Source of the DNA: Lingula anatina
Taxonomy: Eukaryota; Animalia; Brachiopoda
DNA: 64,000 bases
Assembly: GCA_051362555.1 (NCBI GenBank)
Contig: CM120644.1
Location: 21,970,534-22,034,533 of the forward strand
Direction: 5' to 3'
Shown here: piece by piece, positions 51,655-64,000 of the stretch
Layout of the letters: the number at the start of each line of letters is the position of its first letter
Position numbering within the stretch: position 1 is the first letter of the stretch
Program-made: the position numbers and the translations under genes
Notes under the pieces: generated by a model
Told to the model about the DNA's origin: nothing
What the model saw: only the letters and a program-made list of their open reading frames with translations
The model's database searches: none

Positions 51655-52135
51655 TTAGTAAACGCCTAATCCGTTTATAATTATAAGGTCTGACACTGGC
51701 CTCCACCAACGTCAGGTACAGTTGGATTTTTCACTAGATATTCACACCTATGTGTTGTCTTCAATTAATTCTATACAGTTTGCTGTCTAGCGAGAGTTAA
51801 TGTATGGTGTTGTTATAACCTGGCTGGTCTCTGATATAAGAAATGGAAATATATATGCATGCTCTCAAGACTGTAGTTGGGTTGAGACAGACGATGTTCT
51901 TTCGCGTTTGGTTGTTAAATCATTCCTTGAACTTTCGTGTGAAATTTGGCCATCTCTTTATGCTAGTGACGTTAAAAAAGCACATAAGCATAGCACATAA
52001 AGGCGTCCAGTATTGACCTTGTTTCGTGTACAGGTAGGATACATGCATTAGGGCTTACAGCGGCATATCCCTACCGCCGTTATAGCTCTTACTATTATAA
52101 ATACTGGAGAAGGTGCTGTAACTGTGGAATCCAAA

Positions 52136-54652
52136 ATGACTGACGTCGTACACAGTTTCTCTGAGTTTTTTTGCAAACCTTGGTTTGCCGACAGTTTTGA
52201 TATTCGTGGTAGTGTTGCTGTTAAGTCTGTGGATGCTGTCGTTGAGGAATCCTCGGGTGAACTGGCCGCCCGGACCTCTGTGTTTCCCCGTGGTGGGATG
52301 TCTCCCTCAGCTGATGATCAGCGGTAGAAGACGACAACCGACAGATCTTCTTCCATGGTACGATACATACGGAGATATTATGCACATCCAACTTGGTGAA
52401 CAACACATGATAATGCTTGGGTCTTATGAGCTGATAGAAGAGGCTTTCGTGAGGAATGCAGCTACAGTCAGTGATAGGCCTACCTGGATATATCCTATAA
52501 GACGATTGGTCGGAAAAGACGGTAAATAAAGTGACTTCAACTTTTTAGCTTTCAAGTAGACAAGGATACTATTAGTATAATATATAGTGCACGGAAGGCA
52601 AACAACTTGATATTGTTTGGTTTTGATCATTATACTTTTAATGGATGGAGAAGGGCGTATACCCCCCCCCCAAATCTACCAAACAAATCCAACATTGGCT
52701 CATGCGCTCACATTTATTTAGGAACACACTTAAACTTAAGTGTGCAGTGTGAAGTCCGCACCGCTTGACCAGATGTCTTTTATGTAGATAGCCTATAGGC
52801 CATGTCAACTGGGGTTTACAGATAGCAACTGAAGCGTGCACCATTTAGTAGTTCAGCATTTCGACACCTGTGCATGAATGTGTGCGTGTAATTGTGTGTG
52901 CACCCGCACGCGTGTGTGTTTGATTGTGTTTGTGTTTATCTCCGTCTCCACTTTCGTGTCTGCTTTTGTTATTTTAATATAAAATAATAAAATAGATGGT
53001 ATTTGGGAAATTGGGTCATAAAATATTTTAATTATATCTAAACTGCAGGTGCTGGAGTTATCCTGAAAAATGGACACGCATGGAAGGAGCTGAGGAGATT
53101 CACACTCTCGTCTCTTCGAGATTTCGGCCTTGGGAGAAAAAGTTTACAAGAAAAAATTCAAGATGAGGCCAGATACTTGGTGCAAAATATTGAAGATGAA
53201 AATGGAAAGGCTTTCTCTCCAAGGGATAGGGTTGCAAAAGCTGTCAGCAACATTATTTCTTTTGTAGTGTTTGGAGTTAGGTGAGTGAATAGCTACACTT
53301 TGCAACTAGAAAAAATTAAGAATAATTTGCGGAGGAGGTTATGTGTATATACTCCAAGTACTTGAACAAAATGAAACATTTTGACAATTTTTCTAGGAAA
53401 CATACGTTACCTAGTATTAGCCATGACGCAAAGCCCCTGGAGTTACATATATTTATAAAAACATCCGTACGGCATGTCTAATTTACCATGACTAAACCAT
53501 TAATATATATATTAATATATCGGAACGCGGTATAAAAATTAAAATTTGAATTTAAATTGAGACAGTCGTGGATTTTTGTTCCATACACATATTGTAAAAA
53601 ATTCAACAACTTTGAATTATTCAATCTTATTTTTTTGACACATAGCATGTGAAATACACCTCTATATTGGGTTTGGGTGTTTATTTGCTGAAAAGCCTCA
53701 CCACCCGCGAATTCTCGTTTCAAAATCTCTTGTGACATCACGCAGTATTTTTTCAAACCCATCTCGGATGAAGTCCGTTATGTTTTTTTTTATTTTATAA
53801 AAGTGACAATTTCCTTAAAACGCTTTCAGATATGACTACGAAGACACCCCAGAGATGTTGTCAGTTTTGGAGGAATCAGTGAGAATGAATAAAGGAGGAC
53901 CCATGGCATTTACCAACTTGGCGCGCTTGTTTTTTCCGGTAATATGGATTTATTTGCAATATCTAGCATAGGACTTTTACATAGTGCTTATTATTCATTT
54001 TTATATTTTTCTCCTTTTCCTATTCGTCTCTGGTGTCATATTTTGCAATTAAATTTTGAGCAATACGAAATAAATTCATATATTTCGAAATCAGACCATT
54101 GTAGGCACACGTACTTACCTTTCTTGTAAAGTTTGTTTGACAAAGTGCGTGCCTTAAACCACAAGAATATATTTCGATTCTTACATAATTCAACAAAGTT
54201 TTATTTCATATGAAAATATACATTCTCCCTCGTGGACAAATTGTCAATTTTGTATTTGGTTCTTATAAAAGCCTGTTGCAAGATTTATGTTAAAAAAATC
54301 ACAAAAACGCTATTCGTCTTACAAAGTTTGATAACTTTCAATTCAGAAGAAGAAATTCGTCCTCGTGGATAAATTCTATTGTTTGATAAGACAGGAAGTA
54401 GAACGGCACCGCCAGTCCTTTGATCCGGCTGACATCCGGGACTTCATTGACCTCTATATAAAGGTCACTCAAGAGAGATTAGATCCAGAAATTTACACAG
54501 GTATGTAACCGTTAAATGACAATTTCACGTACAGATCTGATCCCGACTTGATGTGATTTAGCAGACGACTGTTTTTAAAACGTACCGCCCGATCAAATGT
54601 CGATGATATTCAGATTGTAATCACCGCCCATTGATTGTAATCTTCGTCTACC

Positions 54653-54696
<44 letters not shown>

Positions 54697-54945
54697 TTGT
54701 TTAAAGTTCATTATTGGCGTTATTAATTTCAGAATGGAACGTGTTCCGCATCATAATTGATCTATATTCGGCAGGAACGGACACAACAGCTAATACTTTG
54801 AGATGGTCCCTGGTTCATATCTGATCCCGACTTGATGTGATTTAGCAGACAACTGTTTTTAAAACGTACCGCCCGATCAAATATCGATGATTTTCTGATT
54901 GTTTTCACCGCCCATTGATTGTAATCTTCGTCTACTTATTCTTAA

Positions 54946-54978
<33 letters not shown>

Positions 54979-56936
54979 CTTTGTTTTAAGTTCTCTATTG
55001 GCGTTATTAATTTCAGAATGGAACGTGTTCCGCATCATAGTTGATCTATATTCGGCTGGAACCGACACAACAGCTAATACTTTGAGATGGTCCCTGGTTC
55101 ATATCGTAAATCACCCGGATGTACAGAAGAGGGTACAGAAGGAAATTGATCAGGTAACGACCCACAGTATTTATGAACAACAGCGAGAATCTTAGATGAT
55201 CTTGTGTTCTTATTTCTTTGAATCTTTATTCTGAATGAAAGATGTGTTCAATTAATTAAGCCTCTTTGTTTGTAATAAATGTTCATGAATTTTGGCGTTT
55301 ACTAATTTGCCGAGAGGCAGTCACGTGAGGCAAATTGTAAGTGGGTTGACCTCCCATAGCCAACACATTCATATTGGATCTCTATGGCCACCACATGAGC
55401 TGGAATTCATTAAGCAGTTCTGAATGTGATTTAATCATTTTCACTAATTAAAATACGTAATCGCATACCAAAGCTGGTACTTGGTATTAACTTCCCGTCA
55501 GCTGGGATAGTGGATCTTTGGCGTCGGTCAATTATCCCCGCTTCGCTAATTTGAACCAAGCCAAGAGGTGATCTTAGCCAAAGTCAGTAATCGTAGAATG
55601 TAACTAAATTTAAGCACGTGTTTGATAACCATATAATATACTTTGTTTGGTAAAATATTTTTTATCTAAGGTCATAGGTCAAGGTCGTGTCGCCAAGATG
55701 GAGGACAAGGCCAGGATGCCATTCACTGAAGCAACCATCTTGGAGGTCTTTCGCATGTCTACTGTTGGTCAGTGACTTATTTGCACTTTTTACATATTTC
55801 AAATTGAAATTGCCAGTAAAAAATCTTTATTTAACAAAAATAGCGATTCATCAGTGTCTGGTTAATTAAATACCGTCTTGGATTGGGACGACATGTACAT
55901 GTAAGTAATAAATTGGAAAAACAAGGAAAATTAAAAGAAGAAAAGAATTTGTTCGATTTCTGGTCCTGTTTCCTGGGTGGAAATACACGTACTTCTCGTC
56001 TGAACAAACTTATGGAGAAGAGTATAAAAAGGGTGTTACGGCAACGAATAGAAGCATGCATAATTTATTTACGGGTAGTTCGGTCGAATTAGTCTATTGC
56101 AGAACAGAACCGATTTTACCTTTGGTGTCACTGATAAGTTGCTTTCTAATCTGATCTTCCCGCGACAAAGCGTCCCACCCTACACGCTGTAAAATATTAC
56201 CCAACCTCTCGTGAATTCTCGCAAGTTGTCGAGTCTTGTATGACGTCACGCCGTTGTATCCATTCAAATAAATCCTTTCAAGAACGAAAAAATCTTTCAT
56301 TCCATGTCATCAGTTCCCATGGGTGGTCCCCATGCCACCAGTGAAGCTACAACTTTGGCCGGATACACCATTCCCAAGGGCACCATAATACTGGGAGATT
56401 TGTACCGGGTTCTTCACGATAAGAAAAACTTCGAGGATCCTTACAACTTCAAACCAGAAAGATGGCTTGATGGCGATGGTAAAGTGATCAAGTCGGACAA
56501 AATGATACCATTTTCCATAGGTACGTTACTAAATATTCGTCCTTCATGTTACCATGCAGTGGCACATTGGTGAAATCATTACTTATTTATCTCTATGTAA
56601 ACAACTAAACCTTGTCACCTAAAGAAATTCAGAATTGCTTAAATCCGATCTAATAAGAAATACATAAGAGCTACTTTATCTTCATTATATATATAAATTC
56701 ATTTATGTAATTTAGTGTACACTTTCTCATTGTGATGTGTTATTTGTATTTCAGGGCCTCGTGTTTGTCTTGGTAAGGGACTGGCTGAAATGGAATCGTT
56801 CATTTTCTTCACCACGTTGCTTCAGAACTTCATCTTCAAGGTACCGGAGGGGGAGAACCCACCCAGTGGAGTGGAGGGTCTGAACACTATTACTTTCACG
56901 CCACACGATTACAATGTGTGCGCAGTTAGGCGCTAG
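52136..56936 (+). CDS. Cytochrome P450 clan 2 (CYP2-like), copy A; exons 52136-52521, 53049-53280, 53830-53938, 54347-54500, 55017-55153, 55671-55767, 56314-56520, 56755-56936; +1 frameshift in exon 1 (pseudogene or assembly error)
   Basis: P450 motifs: PPGP hinge, WKELRRF (C-helix), AGTDTT (I-helix), EVFR (ExxR), PERW, FSIGPRVCLG (haem). All introns GT-AG. Removing one T from the T7 run at 52166-52172 gives 1503 nt = 500 aa + stop. Confidence 0.9.
54534..55104 (+). repeat. ~285 bp local tandem duplication of intron 4 plus the 5' part of exon 5 in CYP copy A
   Basis: atctgatcccgacttgatgtgatttagcagac...agatggtccctggttcatatc occurs twice (starts 54534 and 54819) but only once in copy B. Confidence 0.92.
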
Positions 56937-57399
56937 AATTAAAGGAGGGTATCAAAAACTAAGCACCAGAAAGTATTTATTTCAGTACATATATTGAAAC
57001 TGAAGTAAATAAATTGCATGGATATGATTTAAAGAAGGGGACAGCCAACTAAAGACAGTGAATATTTTTATAAGCATCGAAGTGCCTCAGGCATTTATAG
57101 CACCAAAACTCTCAAACGGGAGGTCTGCAAAAACATATGTTCCCTGAACAATGTCAAATACTACGTATATTTATCAGTTGATCAACTATACTATTGCCGT
57201 TCAGTTTACCAGGGTTTCTGTTAATATCATCAAAATATTGATTTTATATGTTTTTTAATCCCTATGCTTTCTAGAATTGATAAATGAACATCCAAACTTT
57301 TAAAAGTTTTGTTGATGTTGTTGTTGTTATTTTGTTATTAAAATAACAAAATAACAATAACAACATCAACAAAAACAACAACAACAACAACAATGATAA

Positions 57400-57678
57400 C
57401 TGGAAAAGCACTCCAAGAGCGCAGACATCCGCCAAGGCAGCAAAGTCTCTACCCAATGCCCCACCCCTAAATTTTTTGATATCATTGATATTTGATTATT
57501 GATTGATTATTGATCCGTATCACCACCAAAAACTAATCATCTGTTCCTTGGCCCACTTCTGACAGTTCCTGAAAATTTCATCAAAATCGGTCCATAACAT
57601 TTGAGTTATGTTGATGACAAACAAACAAACAAACAAACAAACAAACAGGGGTGAAAACATAACATCCTTGGCGGAGGT
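57400..57678. mobile_element. Helentron-associated (HINE/pearl/DINE-1-like) non-autonomous element, specific to unit B
   Basis: Absent at the paralogous site (about 51072). Subterminal inverted repeats TCCGCCAAGG / CCTTGGCGGA, internal (CAAA)n microsatellite, A/T-rich insertion site without a clear TSD. Confidence 0.75.
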
Positions 57679-58331
57679 AATAAAAATAATACACGCTGCT
57701 ATTTCATTACAAAAGGAGACCAGGGTAGTGTCAATTGAATCTGAATAAGATATCACGCGTGTAAATACTCAGGCCTCATAAACGAAATACGCGTTTACTA
57801 ACAGTACCCGCAGTTCTTTTAGCACTAACAGCCATTTTAACCATATAAGCCATAAAATTACCAGCACTACCAGAGCGGATGAATTGTTAGTGCTAGGTAT
57901 CACTTTGCTGGTGCTAAATAACTGCGCGGTGTGTTGATTAATTCATGGGTTTTGTGATTAATATGTTAATATTAATCATACTTCTAAACCGTACCAAAAG
58001 GCACTGTTTGCTCTCCAAAGCACACACACACACACACTCAGACACACACAAAAAAAAAAAAAATCAGGGCCTTGAGCACCATATACCACACCAAGTGGGA
58101 GATGGTCGGCTCCGCATCCTACGCCTGTCGTTCTGGACCCCCCTTCAAATTATCCTGGATCCGCCCCTGTTAGTAGACCCCTACCCAAAGTCACGTACAG
58201 TTGGATTTTTGACTAGATATTCACAGTAATGTCTTTAGTTAATTCGATACACTTGTCTATAGCTAGCGAGAGTTAATATATGCCATTGCCATAACTTGGC
58301 TGGTCTCTGGTATAAAATCTGTAAATATCTA

Positions 58332-58573
58332 CTGACAGTCAATGAAAATGCATCAGAAAACTGGAAGAGCGACTGCGGGCCCTTGGATGCTAGAGGCTGG
58401 GGGGACCAAAAGACATTTGTTCATGTGAGCTTGCATCTTTTCTGACCTTTATTTCACCTTGTGAGACTGAATAATGGGTCATATTTAACACAAAATCTGT
58501 TATTTTCTTAATATGCCAAAGGAACTTAAGATATTATTTGATTAATACATGATGCGATTTCATTGACTGTCAC
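58332..58573. mobile_element. ~240 bp Tc1/mariner-type MITE, specific to the unit B promoter region
   Basis: TA-(C)TGACAGTCAATGAAA...TTTCATTGACTGTCA(C)-TA; empty site in unit A at about 51850 (aaatatatatgcatgctctc). Confidence 0.8.
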
Positions 58574-58885
58574 TAATATGTGCATGCTCTCTAGGCTGTA
58601 GGTGGGTTGAGACAGACGAAATGATTTTGCGTTTGGTTGTTTAATCATTCCTTGAACTTACGTGTGAAATCTGGCCATCTCTTTAAATCAGTGACGTTGG
58701 ATTGCCAAATACGCCTCTACAGTAATACCTGCAAGCACTCACGTACATAGCACATAAAGGCGTCCAGTATTGACCTTGTCCCGTGTACAGGTAGGATACA
58801 TGCATAAGGCCTTATAGCGGTATATCCCTTTTGCCTTCTAGCTCTCAAAAATACTTGAGAGGTTGCTGTAACGGTAGAATTCAAA

Positions 58886-61253
58886 ATGACCAACATCGTC
58901 CAGAGTTTCTCTGAGTTTTTTACAACCCTTGGTTTGCCGACAGTTTTGATATTCGTGGTAGTGTTGTTGTTAAGTCTGTGGATTCTGTCGTCCAGCAATT
59001 CTCGGGTGAACTGGCCGCCCGGACCTGTCTGTTTCCCCGTGGTGGGATGTCTCCCTCAGCTGATGATCAGCGGTAGAAGACGACAACCGACAGATCTTCT
59101 TCCATGGTATGATACATACGGAGATATCATGCACATCAAACTTGGTGAACAACACATTATAATGCTTGGGACTTATGAGCTGATTGAAGAGGCTTTCGTG
59201 AAGAATGCAGCTACAGTCAGTGCTAGGCCTACTTGGTTATATCTTATAAGACGAGTAGTCGGAAAAGACGGTAAATAAAGTGATTTTATTTAAATTAGAT
59301 TTCCCGTAGTCAAGGATTCTATTAGTTTAACATAAGTAGGGCACGGATAGTAAACAACCTGATATTGTTTGGTTGAAATTATTAAAATTTTAATTGATTT
59401 AATGGATGGAGAAGGGCGTACCCCTACATACCCCCCAATCCACCATATGCAACATCGGTACATGCTCTCACAATTATTTAGGGACAGACGTAAGTGAATG
59501 ATGTGAAGTCCGCACCGCATGACCAGATATATTTTATGTATATGAAGGGAATGTCAACTTGGGTTTTACATAAAGCAACGGAAGTAACAAGCAATAATTT
59601 AGTAGTTCAGCATTTCAGCATGTGTGCGTGTGTGTGTGAGTGTGGGTTTGTGTGGGCGCTTGTGTGATGATGATAATTGTGTGTGCGCCCGCGTGTGTGT
59701 TTGAATGTTTTTGTGTTTTTCTCCGTCTCCATTATCGTGTCTGTTTTTGTTATTAATGGAGGGTATTTGGGTAACTGAGTCATAAAATATTTTAATTATA
59801 TCTAAAATGTAGGTGCTGGGGTTATCTTGAAAAATGGACACGCATGGAAGGAGCTGAGGCGATTCACACTCTCGTCTCTTCGAGATTTCGGCCTTGGGAG
59901 AAAAAGTTTACAAGAAAAAATTCAGGATGAGGCCAGATATTTGGTGCAAAACATTGAAGATGAAAATGGAAAGGCTTTCTCTCCAAGGGATAGGGTTGGA
60001 AAAGCTGTCAACAACATTATTTCTATCGTAGTGTTTGGAGCTAGGTAACTGAATAGCTACACTTATTAGCAACTATTAAAATATTTAAGATGTTTTAAAT
60101 GAATTTGCAGAGTATATATGTATATACTGCCGGTAGTACGGTGTAGAAATGTAAGTAAAATAAATAAGCCAGACAATTCATAAAGGAAGTTCTATACCAG
60201 GGGCGGATCCAGGATTATATGAAGGGGATCCGACAGACCCCAGATGCGAAGCCGACCCTCGCCCCACCCCCTTATTGTAAAGTTGACGTGGGGTTCGTAG
60301 CCAATTGAAAGGCTTCAAATATTTTAGAGGGCAAACAGTGCCACATACGGTTTAGAACTATAATTCAGCTAGTCAAAAGTGTGATTTTATGTCCGAAATC
60401 GAAGAGCTGGGTCTGACACATCTGTCCTAAATCCGCCAATGTATACTATGTTAAAACGGTTGACAAACTTGAACATGGTACGTTTTTTCAAACATACATC
60501 TATTGTATAACAGCTTTGAATTGCTTCTTTAAACGAATCTCCCACCATAGTGTGTTTCACTTTACACCCAAACCCAATATAGAGGTGCAATATTTGATGT
60601 CGCAGGCATGCTATTAAATATATTTAGTGCTCAGATTGCAGACTATGTTTGATTATTTTAAGGTCCCACATGAAGAAGTTTGTATCAAAGTTTCACTCTC
60701 CTGGAACCTTGAATAATAAAAAATAATTCATCGTCCTACCCCAAAAAGGAACATACGTTACTGTCACAAATGCAAAAAGTCCAACTGTGAAACGTTTTAC
60801 TCACTTTGAAAATTCAATCATCACTGGTTTTGGTCTTTGATTTATCTCCTACAAGTATAACGTTGTAAAAATTATAATGATCTTCTGTATAGAGCAGTTA
60901 ATTGTCTTTGATCAACTTTAGTTTGCTTGTCCCTAAATATTTAAAAAACCGGGAAAAATACACCCTGCCGACAGTAAAATAAGGATTTATCAAATTATTT
61001 TTGCTCTCGTGCTCCAAATATTATATCAGAAATGTCAAACTATCATGGAATCACAATATATTTTTGGGTCAGCAAAAGAAAACATTTTCTCTAGCACCCA
61101 GTACTTGAACAAAATGAAACATACGTTACCTAGTATTAGCCATTATACAAAGCCCCTTGGGTTACAGTTAAAATGTTAAACATCCTTACGACATGTCTAA
61201 TTTACCATGACTGAACCATTACAATATATATATATATATAATTTTTATACCCC

Positions 61254-61313
<60 letters not shown>

Positions 61314-62379
61314 GGGGTATAAAAATTGAAATTTGAATTTAAATTGAGGCAGTCGTGGAATTTTGTTCTATGCACATGTAAAAAAATTCAACAACTTTGA
61401 ATTAATTTGGGTTTGGGTGTTTGTCTGCTGAAAAGCTCCACCACACGCGAATTCTCGTTTCAAAATCTCGTGTGACGTCGCGCAGTGCTCTTTCTATGCT
61501 TTCTCGGATGGTGTCCACTATGTTTTTTTCTTCTGTATTTTCTAAAAGTGACAATTTCCTTAAACATGATTTCAGATATGACTATGAAGACACCCCAAAG
61601 ATGTTGTCAGTTTTGGAGGAAGCCATGAGAATGAACAAAGGAGGACCACTATCCTTTTCCAACTTGGCGCGCTTCCTTTTTCCGGTAAAATGGAATTATT
61701 CGCAATATTTTGCTTAAGACCTTTTACACAGTGCTTATTATTCACCTATATATTCTTCTTCATTTCCTATTCATTGCTGGTGTCATATTTTGCCATTAAA
61801 TTTTGAGCAATACTAAATAAATTCATATGTTTCGAAATCAGACCATTGTCGGAACAATACTTTTACTTTTCTTGTAAAGTTTGTTTGACAAAGTGTGTGC
61901 CTTAAACCACAAGAATATATTTCGATTCCTTTATCATTAAAAAAAAATTTTTCATATGTAAAATATATTCGCCCTCGTCGACTAATTGTAAATTTTGTAT
62001 TATATAAAAGCCTGTTGCAACATATCACAAAAGTGCTATTCGATTCAAACAAAATTAGGTAACTTTCATTTCAGAAAAAGAAATTCGTCCTCGTGGATAA
62101 ATTCTATAGTTTGATAAGACAGGAAGTAGAACGACACCGCCAGTCCTTTGATCCAACTGACATCCGGGACTTCATTGACCTCTATATAAAGGTCACTCAA
62201 GACAGGTTAGATCCAGAAATTTTCACAGGTATGTAACCGTTAAATGACAATTTCACGTACAAATCTGATCCCGACTTGATGTGATTTAGCAGACGACTGT
62301 TTTTAAAACGTACCGCTCGATCAAATATCGATGATTCTCTGATTGTAATCACCGCCCATTGATTGTAATCTTTGTCTAC

Positions 62380-62415
<36 letters not shown>

Positions 62416-63784
62416 TTGTTTTAAGTTCATTATTGGCGTTATTAATTTCAGAATGGAACGTGTTCCGCATCATAATTGATCTATATTCGGCAGGAACGGA
62501 CACAACAGCTAATACTTTGAGATGGTCCCTGGTTCATATGGTAAATCACCCGAATGTACAGAAGAGGGTTCAGCAGGAAATTGATCAGGTAACGACCCAA
62601 GATATAAATGAACAAGAGCTGGAATCTTAGATGATCTTGTGTTCTTATTTCTTTGGTTCTTTATTCTTGGCGTTTACCGTTTTGTGGAGAGGCAGTCACG
62701 TGAGGCAAATTGTTAAGTGGGTTGACCTCCCGTAGCCAACACATTCATATTAGATCTCTCTGTTCACTACGTCAGCTGGTTTTCATTACTTGTTTTAAAC
62801 TATGTTTCAGTCAGTTGGGATAGTGAATCTTCGGCGTCAGTCAATTTACCCCACTTCGCTATCTCCACTTTGAACCGAGCCAAGAGGTGATCTCAGCCAA
62901 AGTCAGTAATCGTAAAATGTAACTAAATTAAAGCACGTGTTTCGTAACCATATGATATACTTTGTTTGGTTAATATATTTTTTATCTAAGGTCATAGGTC
63001 AAGGTCGTGTCGCCAAGATGGAGGACAAGGCCAGGATGCCATTCACTGAAGCAACCATCTTGGAGGTCTTTCGCATGTCTACTGTTGGTCAGTAACTTAT
63101 TTGCACTTTATTTAATAAAAGTACCGATACATCAGTGTCTGCTTAATTAAATACCGTCTTGGATTGGTGCGACATGTAAGTCATAAAATGAAAAAAAAAA
63201 AAAGAAAAAGAAGAAAAGAATTTGTTGGATTTCTGGTCCTGTTTCATGGATGGAAATACACGTACTTCTCGTCTGAACAAACTTATGGAGAAGAGTGGGT
63301 GTTACGGCAACGAATAGAAGCACGCATAATTTATTTACGGGTAGTTCGGTCAATTAGTCTATTGCAGAACAGAATCGATTTTACCTTTGGTGTCACTGAT
63401 AAGTTGCTTTCTAATCTGATCTTCTCGTTACAAAGCGTCCCACCCTTATCGCTGTAAAATATTACCCAACCTCTCGTGAATTCTCGCAAGTTGTCGAGTC
63501 TTGTATGACGTCACGCCGTTGTCTCCATTCAAATGAATTCCTTCAAGAACGAAAAATCTTTCATTCCATGTCATCAGTTCCCATGGGTGGTCCCCATGCC
63601 ACCAGTGAAACTACAACTTTGGCCGGATACACCATTCCCAAGGACACCATAATACTGGGAGATTTGTACCGGGTTCTTCACGATAAGAATAACTTCGAGG
63701 ATCCTTACAACTTCAAACCAGAAAGATGGCTTGATTGCGATGGTAAAGTGATCAAGTCGGACAAAATGATACCATTTTCCATAG
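58886..63784 (+). CDS. Cytochrome P450 clan 2 (CYP2-like), copy B, 3'-partial; exons 58886-59270, 59813-60044, 61576-61684, 62075-62228, 62452-62588, 62991-63087, 63578-63784; last (haem) exon lies just beyond the window
   Basis: Open frame with N-terminal anchor, PPGP, WKELRRF, AGTDTT, EVFR, PERW and PFSIG. Exon sizes 385/232/109/154/137/97/207 match copy A, except that exon 1 of A is 386. Confidence 0.93.
61240..61327. repeat. 88-bp perfect palindrome centred on a (TA)29 microsatellite
   Basis: AATTTTTATACCCCG-(TA)29-CGGGGTATAAAAATT. Confidence 0.9.
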
Positions 63785-64000
63785 GTTCGTTACTTAATAT
63801 TCGACCTTCATGTTACCATGCAGTGGCACATAAGTGAAATCATTACTTCTTTATCTCTATGTAAACAACTAAACCTTGTCACCTAAAGAAATTCAGAATT
63901 GCTTAAATCCGATCTAATGAGAAATACATAAGAGCCACTTTATCTTCATTATTTATATAAATTTATTTATGTAATTTAGTGTACACTTTCTCATTGTGAT

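Larger units (their letters stand above)
50670..64000 (+). repeat. Recent tandem segmental duplication; unit A about 50670-56940, unit B from 56941 past the window end
   Basis: Exons, introns and intergenic DNA are colinear and highly similar. Example: 50718 tatttcagtacatatgttgaaaatgaagtaaataaattgcat vs 56978 tatttcagtacatatattgaaactgaagtaaataaattgcat. Confidence 0.93.

Overview
AT-rich, intron-containing animal genomic DNA. The microsatellites, MITEs and gene content suggest an invertebrate, plausibly a mollusc, but taxon is inference. Coding content, left to right: (1) an intronless class A GPCR (3686-4801, +); (2) two tandem minus-strand paralogues encoding signal peptide + Reeler domain + Thr-rich mucin stalk + GPI-like tail (262 aa and 707 aa, three coding exons each, identical intron phases); (3) about 30 kb with no convincing CDS, dense in small DNA-transposon derivatives, one 5'-truncated LINE and orphan exon-like segments; (4) a single-exon orphan two-TM protein (47297-48160, +); (5) a recent ~6.3 kb tandem duplication of an 8-exon clan-2 cytochrome P450. 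Copy A has a +1 frameshift and a partial exon-5 duplication. Copy B is intact as far as the window goes. One ~215 bp foldback MITE family with TAA/TTA target duplications occurs 8 times. I found no prokaryotic-type system, CRISPR array, rRNA or tRNA. The most novel-looking items are the Reeler-mucin-GPI pair, the CYP duplicate apparently caught mid-divergence, near-perfect palindromes, and a nuclear-receptor half-site cluster. All comparisons were done by eye.
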